From Geosiphon pyriformis uo1 (lineage: Eukaryota; Fungi; Glomeromycota): DNA of 64,000 nucleotides. Each line of letters begins with the position of its first letter. Position 1 is the stretch's first letter. Position numbers and translations under genes: made by a program. Below, piece after piece: positions 36,985-49,312 of this stretch. The stretch spans positions 876,635-940,634 of the forward strand of contig JAAOMT010000617.1 in assembly GCA_016748015.1 (NCBI GenBank), written 5' to 3'. The notes beneath the pieces are model-generated. The model searched no databases, was not told the DNA's origin, and saw nothing but the letters and a program-made list of their open reading frames with translations.

Positions 36985-38146
36985 GCTGTATTTGAAAACC
37001 ATCTCCTTTTTCAAGGTAAAACATTATAAAAAATGGTCAATAATTGTTTCTCTCAGAAAATGTTATTTTAAACTTTGAGTTTTGCATAAAACAAATCTTT
37101 CTTTATTTATTTTACATTTGATAAGACAAAAAATTAAGAATTTGCTTGAAAGAATAAAAAAAAAGACAAATTAACAGTTGAAATATAATTACATATTAAA
37201 TAACAGTAAATTAATTAAATAATGTGATTTTTTTAGGCTGAGTTTTGGTTAAGAAAATTATTACACAAAGAATTAATGAAAATTTAAAATTTAAATAATA
37301 AGTGAAAAGTTGTTATTGAAATAAGATTAATAAAAAAATTAGTATCTTGTAATTAATATTTTTTTTTTAAGATAATAAAATCAAATCAAGTACATAACTA
37401 TTTATAAATTATTAAAACAAATGAATGAATTAATTAACTGCAAATATTTTTTTTAATTATAATAAAAAAGCAAAAAAACATATTCTAACTTATAAAATAG
37501 TAATATTAATTATTATTATTATAATTTTTTTTAACAAGTAAGATCCAATTACTATCTAAAAGTTAAAAACAAACCAAGTATCTTAGTACTAAATATAGTT
37601 TATATGCTTTTTATATATAACCAGCTATTTAAACCAGTTTAGGCTATATTATATTAATATAACAAAAGAAAATTTATTTAAAAAATACATTTTTTGAATT
37701 ATATTAAACAAAATAAAACTACAAAAAATTAATTCAACCAGTTATTTAATTGTTTTTAAAGAATTAGTTTTAATATTAACAGATTTATAAATTCAAAATA
37801 ATATTAAATTAGAAAACATCTTATTCTTTATAACAATTTAATATATTAAACTACCAAATATATTAATATTCTTTATACAACATTTATTTTTTAATAAAAC
37901 CACTTTTTTTTCCAATTTATCAACAATTTTGCTAAAAATACTTAGATATATTATAATAAAAAAAATTTCTTTCTCTCTTTCGTCCAAAATTCCCAAAAAA
38001 GAGTCTAAAGTTTTTTTGAAAGAAGTTTTTTTACCATTCAGTACAATAAATCAAAACCATTTTTTGATTACGAGGCCACTGTTGGCTCTGTTATTGCTGT
38101 TATAAAAAAGGCTACCAAAGTTTCTGGTTCTGAGGGTGGTTTTAAG

Positions 38147-39901
38147 ATGGTTGCATCGAGAAAGAAAAGAAAGGGTGGTGTATTGGCAGAGAGTGTTAAT
38201 AATAGTGAGGTTGCTGATAAAGCTCTTGGTAATCATTTATGGGGTTCTAAGGTGGGTGACACTACTGAATCTGAGAGTATTGACATGGAGGAGGAGTGCT
38301 TGGTTGAGAAAACCAGTGTTGACTATGGTGAGAATGGTGCTTTTACAGGAGGGGATCCTGATTAAACGCCTAAGAGTTTGCATGTAAAGACCAAGAAGGT
38401 GTTAAGGAAGCCTCTGGATGTGATTGATTATGGTACTGTCAATGTAGACGATGACGTGTTGGATGGTTCCTTCTATCTCCCACCCCCTTTGCCTATTAAA
38501 CCATCCGTTCAAGTGCCTGTTTGCAAGTCCTTTGCTTTGGATATTGATCTCGTGGCTGTTGTTGAGAAATCATCTCAGGAGAAATTGAACTTTGTCAGAA
38601 AAATTTTCTCAGGTGTGAATAGTTTTGGGAGGGCCTCTGCTCCCTCAAAATTTGGTAGAATTATCTAGGCATCTTTCACTTCCAAAAAGGCGATGATGGC
38701 GGCTGCTCAATTGGCAAATGATTATGGTGTTGTGGTAAATACCGATCTTAAGTGCCCCATCAACAATCATATGAATCAGGCAATTGTGTTGAAAGAAATT
38801 TCTGTGGAAACTTCTATCAAAGCAGTACATACAGCCATTTCTGAATTTGGGCTTATTAAGTCGATCAAAATGCAGTTGGTGGGTCTATGGCAAAAGGCGA
38901 TTGTCGAATTGGAAGATCAAATTCAGGCTGATCTCTTGGTGGCTAAGTAGTCTGTCCTTATTGAGAAAGATGCAGTGTGTATGGCCCGGGCCGATGTTGA
39001 CAAACAAACATGGAATGCCAGAGATGAGTTCAGGGCTTTGCTTTACACTCTCTCTATGAGCATTACTGCTCATGATCTTTGGGACTTTATTGGTTCGGTT
39101 AGTGGGAAAACATGTGTTATTGAACGCAGCTCTATCAGTTATGTCCAGACACACTGTGCCACTGTGTGCTTCGATTCTGAGGGTAGCCTTATTTAGGCAA
39201 TGGCAAACACTCCTGTTATAAAAGGCATTAGTCTCCATTGGTCTCGTTTGACTGCTGCACTGTGCTCAATTCGCAGAAATTCTGGTCATACTTTTTTCAC
39301 TTGTCACACTGCTGGTGTGTTCTCAAGTTCTAAGAGCAAGAGAGCTCCTCTTTCAGCTCAGAATCAGCTTCGTCTGGCCAAGATATATGAAAAAAAATCT
39401 GCTCCTGTTTCCCACCCTTTGGCTTTTGGTGGATAAACCTGGGCCTCCGTGGTTGGTAAACCACTTCCATTAGTGTTATTTAGTGGTTCAGCTCAATTTG
39501 GTTCCATATCTTATGGTAAACCTCTCCTGACTGTTAGTGGTAAATTGGAAGACCATTTGAAGAATATTGAGAACAGTCTTGTCAGCCTCATGGAACAAAT
39601 TGGTGAGTTGGCTAAGAGGTTGAACTTATTCGTGCTGGCAGTTTCCCAGCCTAGCTCTGGATGTCAGCTGCCAGTGACCCCCCTATCACTGAATCAAGGG
39701 GAGGATATAGTGATGGGAGTGAGTTTGGATGTTGTTACTAGTGACAAAACTGCTGCCGTTACAGGTTCAACTGCCTCACCTGAGGTTGTGAAATTGGAAA
39801 ACATGTTAGAAGGTCTCTCTGCTTCGGTCATGAGCCTATCGGCGCACTTGGATGGTTTGGCTTTGGCAGATGGTGCTCTTCTTCTACCTCTTTCTCAATG
39901 A
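38147..39901 (+). pseudogene. LINE ORF1 (RRM-like segments, eroded CCHC knuckle, coiled coil)
   Basis: IVLKEIS...EFGLIKSIKMQLVGLWQKAIVEL; CSIRRNSGHTFFTC; homologous to 56515..58376. Confidence 0.85.
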
Positions 39902-42900
39902 GTGATCTGGTGTGGAAAATTGCTATGTGTAATGTTTGTGGGTTGAACAATTCTGCAAAGCAAGATGATGTCATTCGTTGGCATAAGAATATGGGCAATT
40001 TAGTTTCTATTTTCACTGAGTCAAAGCTTAAAGGGAAAGTTTGTCCATGATTGGCCAACAAATTTGATGATATTTGGGTTTTTACTTCTGGTCTGGATTC
40101 TGGTTCTTCGGGTGCTGGGGTGTTAATCATCATGAATTCTTCTTTAGCAAAGCATGTCTACAAGATTTCTGAGGTGTCTGGCCAGCTCCTATCTATCAAA
40201 TTGTTGTTCAAAAATAAACTCTCAGTGTCTATTTTGGGGATCTATGCTGGTGTGTCAGCAGTAATTTAGTTTTCTTAGGCTGGTAAGATCAACTCTCTCA
40301 TTGCTAAAGCTGTTAATAAGTCCTCCTTTGTTATTCTTGGTGGTGATTTTAATGAGGATGGTTTACACAGAAGTGCCAGTTTCAAGAAATGTTCTGATTT
40401 GGGTTTGGTTAACTCTTTGGGGGGGAGCTCTTTTGTAAAAACACTTACTTGGTGCAATTCTCATGGTATTACTAAGACTATCGACTACATGTTTGTTTCT
40501 TCTAATTTGGTTGGTGTGGTGGTGGATTGTGGTGTGGATGGTGTTGAAAAATATTTTAATACCGATCACAAGGCTGTTTATGTTTTTGTGAGACTGGGTG
40601 GCCTGCTTGATGTTCAGCTAAACTCAATACGCAAACAGGCCAATAGGGATCGTTGAAAATATGATATCAAAAATGCCAGTAAGGTTAAGTAGTCGGAATT
40701 CAAGAATGCTACGGCTGCTAATGTTGTTATGTTCTTGGATGAGTTTGATGTGGCTAAACAGTTTTCCGATCTGGATGCTATGTGGGACATTGTTTGTAAG
40801 GTTGTGGTGCTTTCTGCTGGTGGGACATTCAAAAAAAAATGGTTCAAGGGTTATGATAGTGTTTTTAATAAGGTTTCATCCAGGTTTCATCGTCTGGAGC
40901 TGCTGGTGTCTAAGCTGGTTAGGAATTTTTGCTTAGTTTCTGGTGGGGATTTTGCTTTTTTGTTGGAAACATGGGATAAGCTTGATTCTTCTGGTGTGTC
41001 GGAGGTGAAGTCCCTGTTCCTTTCAGGTTCTGGTTTTGATCGCATTCATTCTATACTGGCCAAAGCAAGAAAGTTGTACTGTACTTCTAAGTTGTTGGAG
41101 TCTAAACGAGCTGAGGAATCTTCAATCAAGCAGGCTATTGGTAAGAGGATGGAAAGTTTTGAACTTGACAAAGATCATACCATTAGGAGTGTTTTGGAGT
41201 GTCCCTTTTGCAAGGTGGTCTTAGATCATCTGGTTGTGGGAGATAAGTTGGTTTTGGAGCCTGAATCTGTCAAATTAAAGGTAAATGAAATCATGGAAGG
41301 TTGGACTAGGAAGTGTTGGGTGATTGATGACATCTCGGATGATTGGTGCCTCCAATATTGGCCGCTGGAATATGTTTTTGATGGAGCTTTTTCTGGTGTC
41401 ATGTGTTCGATTGAGTATGATGAATTCCTTGAGGTGGTTTCTGATCTTTCAGATGGTAAAGTGGCTGGTTTGTCAGGTATTTCAAATGAGCTTTGGAAAC
41501 ATTGTAATAGATCGGTTTTAGATTTGTTGTTAGTGCTTTTGAACTTTTGTTTGTCTAGTGAATCAGTGTCCAGCCCTTGGAAGGAAGCATGGGTCTCAAT
41601 GATTCCCAAACCTTATGAGTGGGAAGGTGTTTTGATGAACACACGTCCTATTGCCTTAATCAAAACGGCTCGCAAGATTCTCTTCAAGATCCTTTCTGAC
41701 AGGATTTCTTTGGCATGCAGTACTTTTGATGTGCTTCGAAGGAACAATTTTTCAGTTCTTAAGGGCACGTCAACCCAGTTTCCTATTTTTGCAGTTGGTT
41801 CAGTGGTCGAGGATGCTTTGGAAAAAAACAGGGAGCTCTGACTGGTTCTACAGGACATACAAAAGGTGTATGACTCAGTTGGCTGGGAGCATCTCGAGAA
41901 GAGTTTGGTCAGGATTAAAGATGTGTAGCAAATTTGTTTGGTTTTTTAGTGGTATTCATGGGGATCGTATTAACTGAGTCATGCCTGATTTTGGATTGAC
42001 TAGTGGTTATTGTGTGCACAATGGTTTGGACCAGGGAGAGGTCTTTTCTTCTCTTCTCTGGTGCATATTTTATGATCCTCTTTTGTGCAAAGTCAAAAGA
42101 CAGGAGAGTGTATGTGGGTATAGGTTGAATTCTCACTTTGTTTCCAAGAATGGTCGTTCCAAATCCCAGACCAGGTTTTCTTCTTTTTTCACCACTAGTG
42201 CTTTTGTTGATGATACGATATGAGTTGGCAGTAGTCAGACAGCTACCCAACATATTCTTAATGTTGCTAGTGAATTTTTTTGTGTCAATGACATCTTTAT
42301 TAATAATGACAAAACAGTAGCCATTCTCATCAATAGCAGAGTTAGCAATCCCTCTCTTTCTATTAGTAGTTCGCCCATTTCTATTGCCAAAAAGGGAGAA
42401 TCTCACCGATATCTGGGCATTTTCATATTGACTGAGGGTCTTTCGAAGCCTAGCTTGATTAAGGCGCATTAAGACGTTTGTTTTTTCACCAATCTGGTGT
42501 TGAGGAAGGCAGTTTCAGATAAGCAGTTTTTGTATTTGGTGTCGACAGTTCTGTTTCCAATAGTCAGCTATAGAACTCAGTTCAGTTTTATTCCTGTTGG
42601 CGTGTGCAACAAGTAGAATGTTCTGATTTGTAAAGGCTTGAAGCTCAAATCTGGTTTGCTGCTTGATTTCCCTAATGATACAATTTATCACCCTTTGTTT
42701 TATAGTTTAAAGTCATTTTTTCAAGTTCAATCTAAGAGCAAGGTTGCTTCCCTTATCAGTTTTGTGAACTCTGGTGGTATCTTGGGTCATTTGTTTTCCC
42801 ACAGGTTTCATGACTTGTAAGTTTTGTGTTAGCATCCTGTTCATTTGTTGAGTTTTTCTGTTCATATTCGTGTTAGTGCATCTAATAACTTTCTGGCAGG

Positions 42901-44586
42901 CATGGTTCGTGTTCTTCTTGATTGCAATGTGTCTTTGGGTGGCTTTTTAGTTAGTTCTTTTTGATCTCATGGTGGAGTGCCTATGTCTGAGGTTCTGGGT
43001 GAGTTAAGGTTTCTCAGGTTTCTCCCTTCCTTTTGGTGGTATGATATTGCCTTTGTGGATCAACTTCGTGACCATCATGGTGCTGTTTTTAGTTGGTACA
43101 CTTTCAAGAGGTGGAAGAGATTGGACCCCTGTGGCCCAGTTCCTGAGTGGTTCAAGCTTTCTGTTTTGTTTCTCAATAGTGTGGGACCTTCTCATGCTTA
43201 GTCTTTAGTTTTGGGTGATGATGGGCCTTTGAACATTCTTAAGTCTGGTGATTTTGTGTCTGTTTGTGATCATCTTTTGGCGACCAGTGCTAGCAGCCTG
43301 TCAGTATATATGGATGGGTCCCTTAGTAATCTAGGCACAGTTGGCTGTAGAGCTGGTGCTGCTGTTTTTTTTGAGGACATTGGTTTGGGTTTGGGCATTA
43401 GTGTGTCGGGTTTGATGTTGTCTACTTTGGCAGAATTGCAGGCTGTTGCTTTGGCTATAGAGTGTGTTCCCTCATCAAGCTCTGTTTGTTTGTTCTCGGA
43501 TAGTCAATCGGCTTTGGATGCTTGCAGGTCAGAGTTAGGTCTGGTGTATCCCAATTATCATAATCAGTGTTGGGTTGAACATCATCATATTGTCAATGTG
43601 ATTCACAATAAGAAGTTGAGAGTTAGCTTTCACAAGGTAAAAGGTCATTCTGGTGTTTCGGGAAATGAGCATGCTGACGTGATTGCTGGTGCCGCTTCTC
43701 TCTCCAATTGGTATCTTCTCCCTTGCTTAAGTAAGCATTTCTTGTCAGCTGATGGTGGTATTGTTTCTGGAAATTTGAGGCATTTTGTACATGATATTTA
43801 TTGTTCTATTTGTCATACACAGTAGGAGGTTGGTTCTGGTTCTGGGGTTTTGGTGGGCAGCTTGTCTTCTGAGGTTGATTGGCCCTGCTCATCATTGGTA
43901 TGACATCCTGATTTGCACATGGCAGCAGGTTTCACCAGCAGGTCTATGTCCAGTGTGTGTACTTACTTTATGAAGTCTTTACACCATTGGCTGCCAGTTG
44001 CTGTTCAAAAATGCCTCTATGATAGACATTATCCTAGCATGTTGTGCTTGTATTGGGTGAAGTGAAGGTGTCGGATCATGTGTTCTCTTACAAGGTTGAC
44101 AAGTCTGTTAGACATCAGTTGTTGGAGTCTCATGTAGGGTTCTGGAAGGCAATTTCTAGTTCTTCTCATTCTTCTTCGGGTATATTGCAGCTGTTATCTT
44201 CTGGTGTTTCTGATTTTTCTGTGTCCATGGCTTTTTTTAAGGACTTTGTTTTCAATGGTTGGTTTTGCAAGGCTGTTTCCGTCTTTCACAACCCCAAGAT
44301 TGCTGTTTTGGAGATTGTCGAGTTTGTGTGCTCTCTTGGTCTTGCTTTCAGGGAGGAAGTTTGGTCAGTCTGTGCTAAGCATCATGCATATATGGAGAAG
44401 AATAGACTGATTCCGCTAGATGGTTCTGCCGGCATCTCAGTTCATGGTTTGGCTTTGAGGTTCTCTGCTGGGGTAGTTAGGTTACTTGGTATTGCTAATG
44501 TTTTAGGTGTTCATTTTGGTTTTTGCAAGTCTTGCTTGTTCTTTTTGGATATAGGTGATTTGGTGTTGGTTCATATAACTGCATAG
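39898..44586 (+). pseudogene. LINE ORF2 (AP endonuclease, RT, RNase H, Cys motif)
   Basis: ILGGDFN, TIDYMF, TDHKAV (APE). MIPKP..RPIAL, GLDQGEVFS, AFVDDT (RT). VYMDGS, AELQA, FSDSQ, KVKGHSG..GNEHAD (RNase H). Confidence 0.92.
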
Positions 44587-44729
44587 TGTTGTTCTGATTG
44601 GCCTAAGTGGCTGGTTGCGTGTAGATAGTGCATGATTCACACCTAGTTTAGATTGATTCCTTGATGTATAGTGCTAGGTTGTGTTTGGACCTCACTCGTA
44701 AAATAAAATAAAAATATATATATTATAAG

Positions 44730-46390
44730 TTTATTAATTTTAAGACTAAAAATACTGTTTAAAACAAGATTATTCTTAACAAATTATTTAAATACAGTTA
44801 CCAAAAAACTAACAAACCCAACAATAAATCCAACCAAAATGGTTAACTTGGTCAAATCAAACTTTAAAAAAACTAATTAAGAAAAAACCAGTAATTACAA
44901 AAAAAGATACAAAAACAACCAAAAAAAATATTTAAAAAAACAAACAAAAGCAAAAGTTTAACATAAAACTTAAAGCTTACAAAACAAAATGTAAACATCT
45001 TAAAAATTTTGAGAAAAAAAAATAGAAACATCTTATAATCCATAGCCAAATGGCTTATTTTCTAATATTTAAAACAAGCTAATAGCCAGAAATTTTTTAT
45101 TAAATGTAATACTTTCTTAATGTACTAGTTTTAATTACTATAATATTTAAGTCTATTTAAAAACTAAATATAATTAGTACAAAATATAAATAACAATCAA
45201 AATCAGAAAAATGAAAAATAAAACAGAATTGACTACTAACTTGTAAAATTATATTACTGATTTTAAAGACAGTACAGCCAAAAAAAAGATTTATCAACTT
45301 GGTTTTGAACCTATTTTAAGACAAAATAGTCTTATTTTAATTAATTAAAAAAAAATTTTAATACTATCTTTGTCCAATAGAACTAACCAATAATTTAAAA
45401 CAAACACAATAGCATCCAGCTTTTTAGAATAAACAATTATGTATCACTAAATACCAGCAAGTTTTAGTATAACACAGACAATCTTATTAAATACATTAAG
45501 TATTGTCTTAATATTAGCAGCAAATATATCCAAAAGCATATTATACAACATAATACCAGCAAAAAGAGAATCAGATTCAGAAACTATTAAAGATTTAGCA
45601 ATTTTAAAAATAGCCAAATAAACAAAACTTGTAAGTTTGATCAAAAATACAGTTTTTAGAGATTTTTAAAAAGCAAATTCCATGCAAAAAAGCTTTATAT
45701 TGTCTTTTAATACTAATATTGTGTCCAAAAAATTATGTATAGACTGAAAAACAGTTTTAATATGAATTAATTTAATCTTAAAAATAACATTAAACACTAA
45801 AATAGAAACTATTTATTTAGTAAATCTTTAATAACTAGATATAGTTTCTTAAGCACTACTAGTAACAATACCAAAAACTAGTAAAAAAAAATTCAGTTTT
45901 TATTTGATCAGTTCAGTTTTTAAAAACAAATAATTTAATAAAAAACTGTTATTTTACTTTTAAAACCAATAATAATTTGTTAAAAAATATCATATTTAGT
46001 AATACAACCAATAATTAATCTTGGTCTATCTTAAATAATAGATTAAATAATATAATAAAGATTTTATATAAGATTTTATTAAGAATTACAAAAAAAATTG
46101 GTGTAACAATAGCAGAAATAAATAACTGTTCTCATTTTTTAAGTTTTTGGTTTTTTTAACTATTTTTTTTAAAGAAATAGTATTAGAAACTTTAAGTCTA
46201 AAAACTATAAAAAAAAAGATTAACTTGTTAACTAATTTATTATTAAAAACTTTTAAGATTTTAAAAAAGATAGAAATAATATTAAGACTAATTCAAATAT
46301 ATCTCTTTAAAAAAACTTTGACTAATAAAAAACTAGTTAAAAATAAAAAAAATGCTTTAGTGATTACCAAAAGTAACTTTTTATTATTAT
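44730..46390 (-). mobile_element. Degenerate LINE relic (ORF1 3' part to ORF2 5' part)
   Basis: Collinear with about 55130-57060 after transitions, with internal deletions. Confidence 0.6.
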
Positions 46391-48205
46391 TAGTAGAGTT
46401 ATAATGTTTGGTCTAATTTGGTTTAAGTTTAATTAAACTATTGAACTAAACTGAACTCAAATAAAAGATTTGGCAAAATTTTAAATTCAAACTTGAATTA
46501 AACTTAAAATTATTAAACTTAAATCAAATCCAAACACATACAACAAGTCTGGTTTAAGTTTAGTTTGAAGTTTATAAACATGTTCAAATTTAACTATTAA
46601 AAACATTATATTATACTATATTATTATTTAATTTTTTTTTAATAATCCCTGTATCTATAATCAAAAACATTGTATTGCTCTTAATGTTTTAGATACTAAA
46701 TAAAACTTTATATTTGTAATTATATTTTTATCTGCAAAAAAAACACATTCAAAAACAATAAATAATTCTTGGATTGCCAAATAATTACAAGCCATATATA
46801 AAAGACCAAAAAATTGTATTTGATGTGCCTAAATATTAAATTATTAATAAAATATTAATTTAGATAAATATTTTTTGTAATATATTTTTCACTATACTAT
46901 TATATTCATTTTTCTATTGGTTACTTTTTCAGAAATATAATAATTAATTTTGTTAAGTTTTTTTTTCTTATTATTGTCAAAGTCTGTTTCTAATATAGAT
47001 TGTGTAATTGATGTTATAGTATTATTAAAATTGTTATTTAACAAAAAACTGTTATTTGATGTTGGTATAATGTCCAGTTTGTATTCTATTTCAAAGAGAA
47101 TATGTATTTTAAAGGTTTATTTATTATGTAAAAGTTGGAAAATAAAACTGTTTAAATAAATTAATAATTTACAATTCTTTTATTTTATTAATATTGTTAT
47201 CTAAAAATTTCTTTTTTGTGAAATAATAAAATTTTTTTCTTGGATCTAATACAGTACAAAGCATTATAGTTGTATTTGTTTTAAAGTAATATTTAACCAA
47301 ATTTTTTTTTGCTGTCCTAGCTGCTATAATAAATCATAAATTTAATATTAAATATGTTAAATAAATAACTAAATAAATACAATTGAAATTGTAATGCTTT
47401 ATCAAATTTATTATTATTAATCATGTTGAAGACATGATTAAAAATAATATTAAAAAAGGGAATAATTGAAGAAACAGTATTATTTAAACTGGCTAATATT
47501 TTGATTATAATATTTTTAAATAGTTCAAGAAATTTAGCAATTTTATTAAAAACAGCCTATTGATTATGTAAAATAACATATTAATAAAGGTCAATATAAG
47601 TGCTAATAAAGATGTTTAATGCTTATAAATTTATAGTTGGAATTTTTGTATTTAAAATATACTGAATCAAAAATAAATAATTTGTTAATTTAAGAAATAA
47701 CTTATTTCTAATCATATTGTAAGTAGAATTCTATCAAGTAAAACAATTCAGAATGAGTTTATAATATTTAATTTAACATGTATTACAGACATTTTAAGGA
47801 GCTCAAACCATTTGAATAAAGTATAAATTGCAGAGTTAAGTTTTTTAATCTTTAATTTATACAAAGTTTACATTAAAAAAATATTAGGTAAATATATTTG
47901 GTTTGGATTTTTAATAAATATCTTAGAAACATTATTCTTTATTTTATCTAATACTGTCTGCATTGCTAAATTTAAAATATTATCAAAGTATTAAAATCAA
48001 AAGTTTTCTGAGTTTTATTGAATGTTTTTTTCTTCTAATTTTTTTGCTAATTTTTTTATAAAAGTACTATTATTTGTGATATTATTAAGAGTAATGGCAA
48101 GAAGCTGTCAAAAAAAAATTAAATTATAACTAATAAAATTAATAATAAACTTGTATAAAAAGAAGATATATATAACTTTTTCTTAAACTTTTTTTTATCT
48201 TTTTG

Positions 48206-48546
48206 GCTGAAAATTTGATTCAAGACAATAATAAAAACCACTTAAGTTAATATTAAAAAAACGTGGTTTTCAATAATATAAACACTGTAATAACTTTGAG
48301 TCTTAAATAATGCTAATGCCGAAAATTCAGCTTTGAAACAATAATGAAAACCAACTTAAATTAACATTGAGAAAATGTAATTTTTAATGATATAAACACT
48401 GTAATAACTTTAAGTTTCAGATAATATTAATGTTAAAAATTCAGTTCTAAGACAATAATAAAAACCAACTTAAGCCAACATTAAAAAAACACGATTTTTA
48501 ATAATATGAGCACTATGATAACTTTAAGCCTCAAATAATATTAATA
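48206..48546. repeat. Tandem repeat, 3 units of about 113 bp
   Basis: Units start at 48206, 48318 and 48432 (gctgaaaatt / gccgaaaatt / gttaaaaatt). Confidence 0.9.
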
Positions 48547-48648
48547 TATTACATAATATGCCAATCTTATTATTGGCTATTAATTAAATTAAATTTATGC
48601 AAAAATATACATATATATTTTTGATATAATTCTATAATTTTTTAATAC

Positions 48649-49312
48649 TGTTATGGTTAAAACTTATATTTCTTATTAATTATCACATGTATTAACCACT
48701 GATATTATATAAATTAGCCACACTATTTTTAGATAGTGATCATTAACCTGATTATTAACTTAGTTGTTGATCTGATTATTGACCACTTTTGATAGCTATA
48801 TAAGCAATGAATCTCTTAGCTGTAGAAAAACATGTTCAAAATAATCAAAAATAAATAAAATAACAATTTTTATCTCAATCATTCTCTTATCACTAATTTC
48901 TCTTTCCCTATTTTCAAGTATTCAAACATTTTGGAATAAAAGATTACTTGTTGGTTAATTCTTATCTTTTTTTTGAAACATATAAGTATAGTATTTGAAG
49001 ATTATTAAATAAAACGTGACTGAAAAGCACATTTGATACTTGATATTGAATTTTAAGAGCACTGATATGAGGCATAGAATTATACCAAGTGTAATCATTT
49101 GTTAACAACACAGACTATCTCTCTACCTTCAGATTCTCCAGTTACCTTTTGAAAAGAATAACAACTGAGATATTTCATGAGACTGATCTTGCACATTGAA
49201 TCCATACTTATTTAATTCACTCTTTGAAGTTGAATTCTCTTTGATTATTTCCATCACCCTACAATCCTGTTCTCCCTTGCTATCTGTTAGCTTGTTACTC
49301 CAACCTGTAACA
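48649..49312 (+). mobile_element. Solo LTR of Gypsy family E (664 bp)
   Basis: TGTTA...TAACA ends, perfect 4-bp TSD ATAC (48645-48648, 49313-49316), TATATAA near 48797, homologous to 4633-5370. Confidence 0.92.

Larger units (their letters stand above)
37960..44714 (+). mobile_element. Full-length non-LTR retrotransposon (LINE copy 1: ORF1 plus APE-RT-RNaseH ORF2), inactivated
   Basis: Conserved 5' motif, two ORFs, short 3' UTR and A-rich tail (aaaataaaataaaaa). Possible 11-bp TSD atatattataa at 37946-37956 and 44718-44728, weak in AT-rich context. Confidence 0.92.

Noticed and set aside
44587-44700. Hammerhead or HDV ribozyme in the LINE UTRs
   Set aside because: No CUGANGA/GAAA core or nested double pseudoknot recognisable by eye.
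48206-48546. CRISPR-like array (also the LTR tandem arrays)
   Set aside because: Contiguous units without unique spacers, no cas genes, eukaryotic context.
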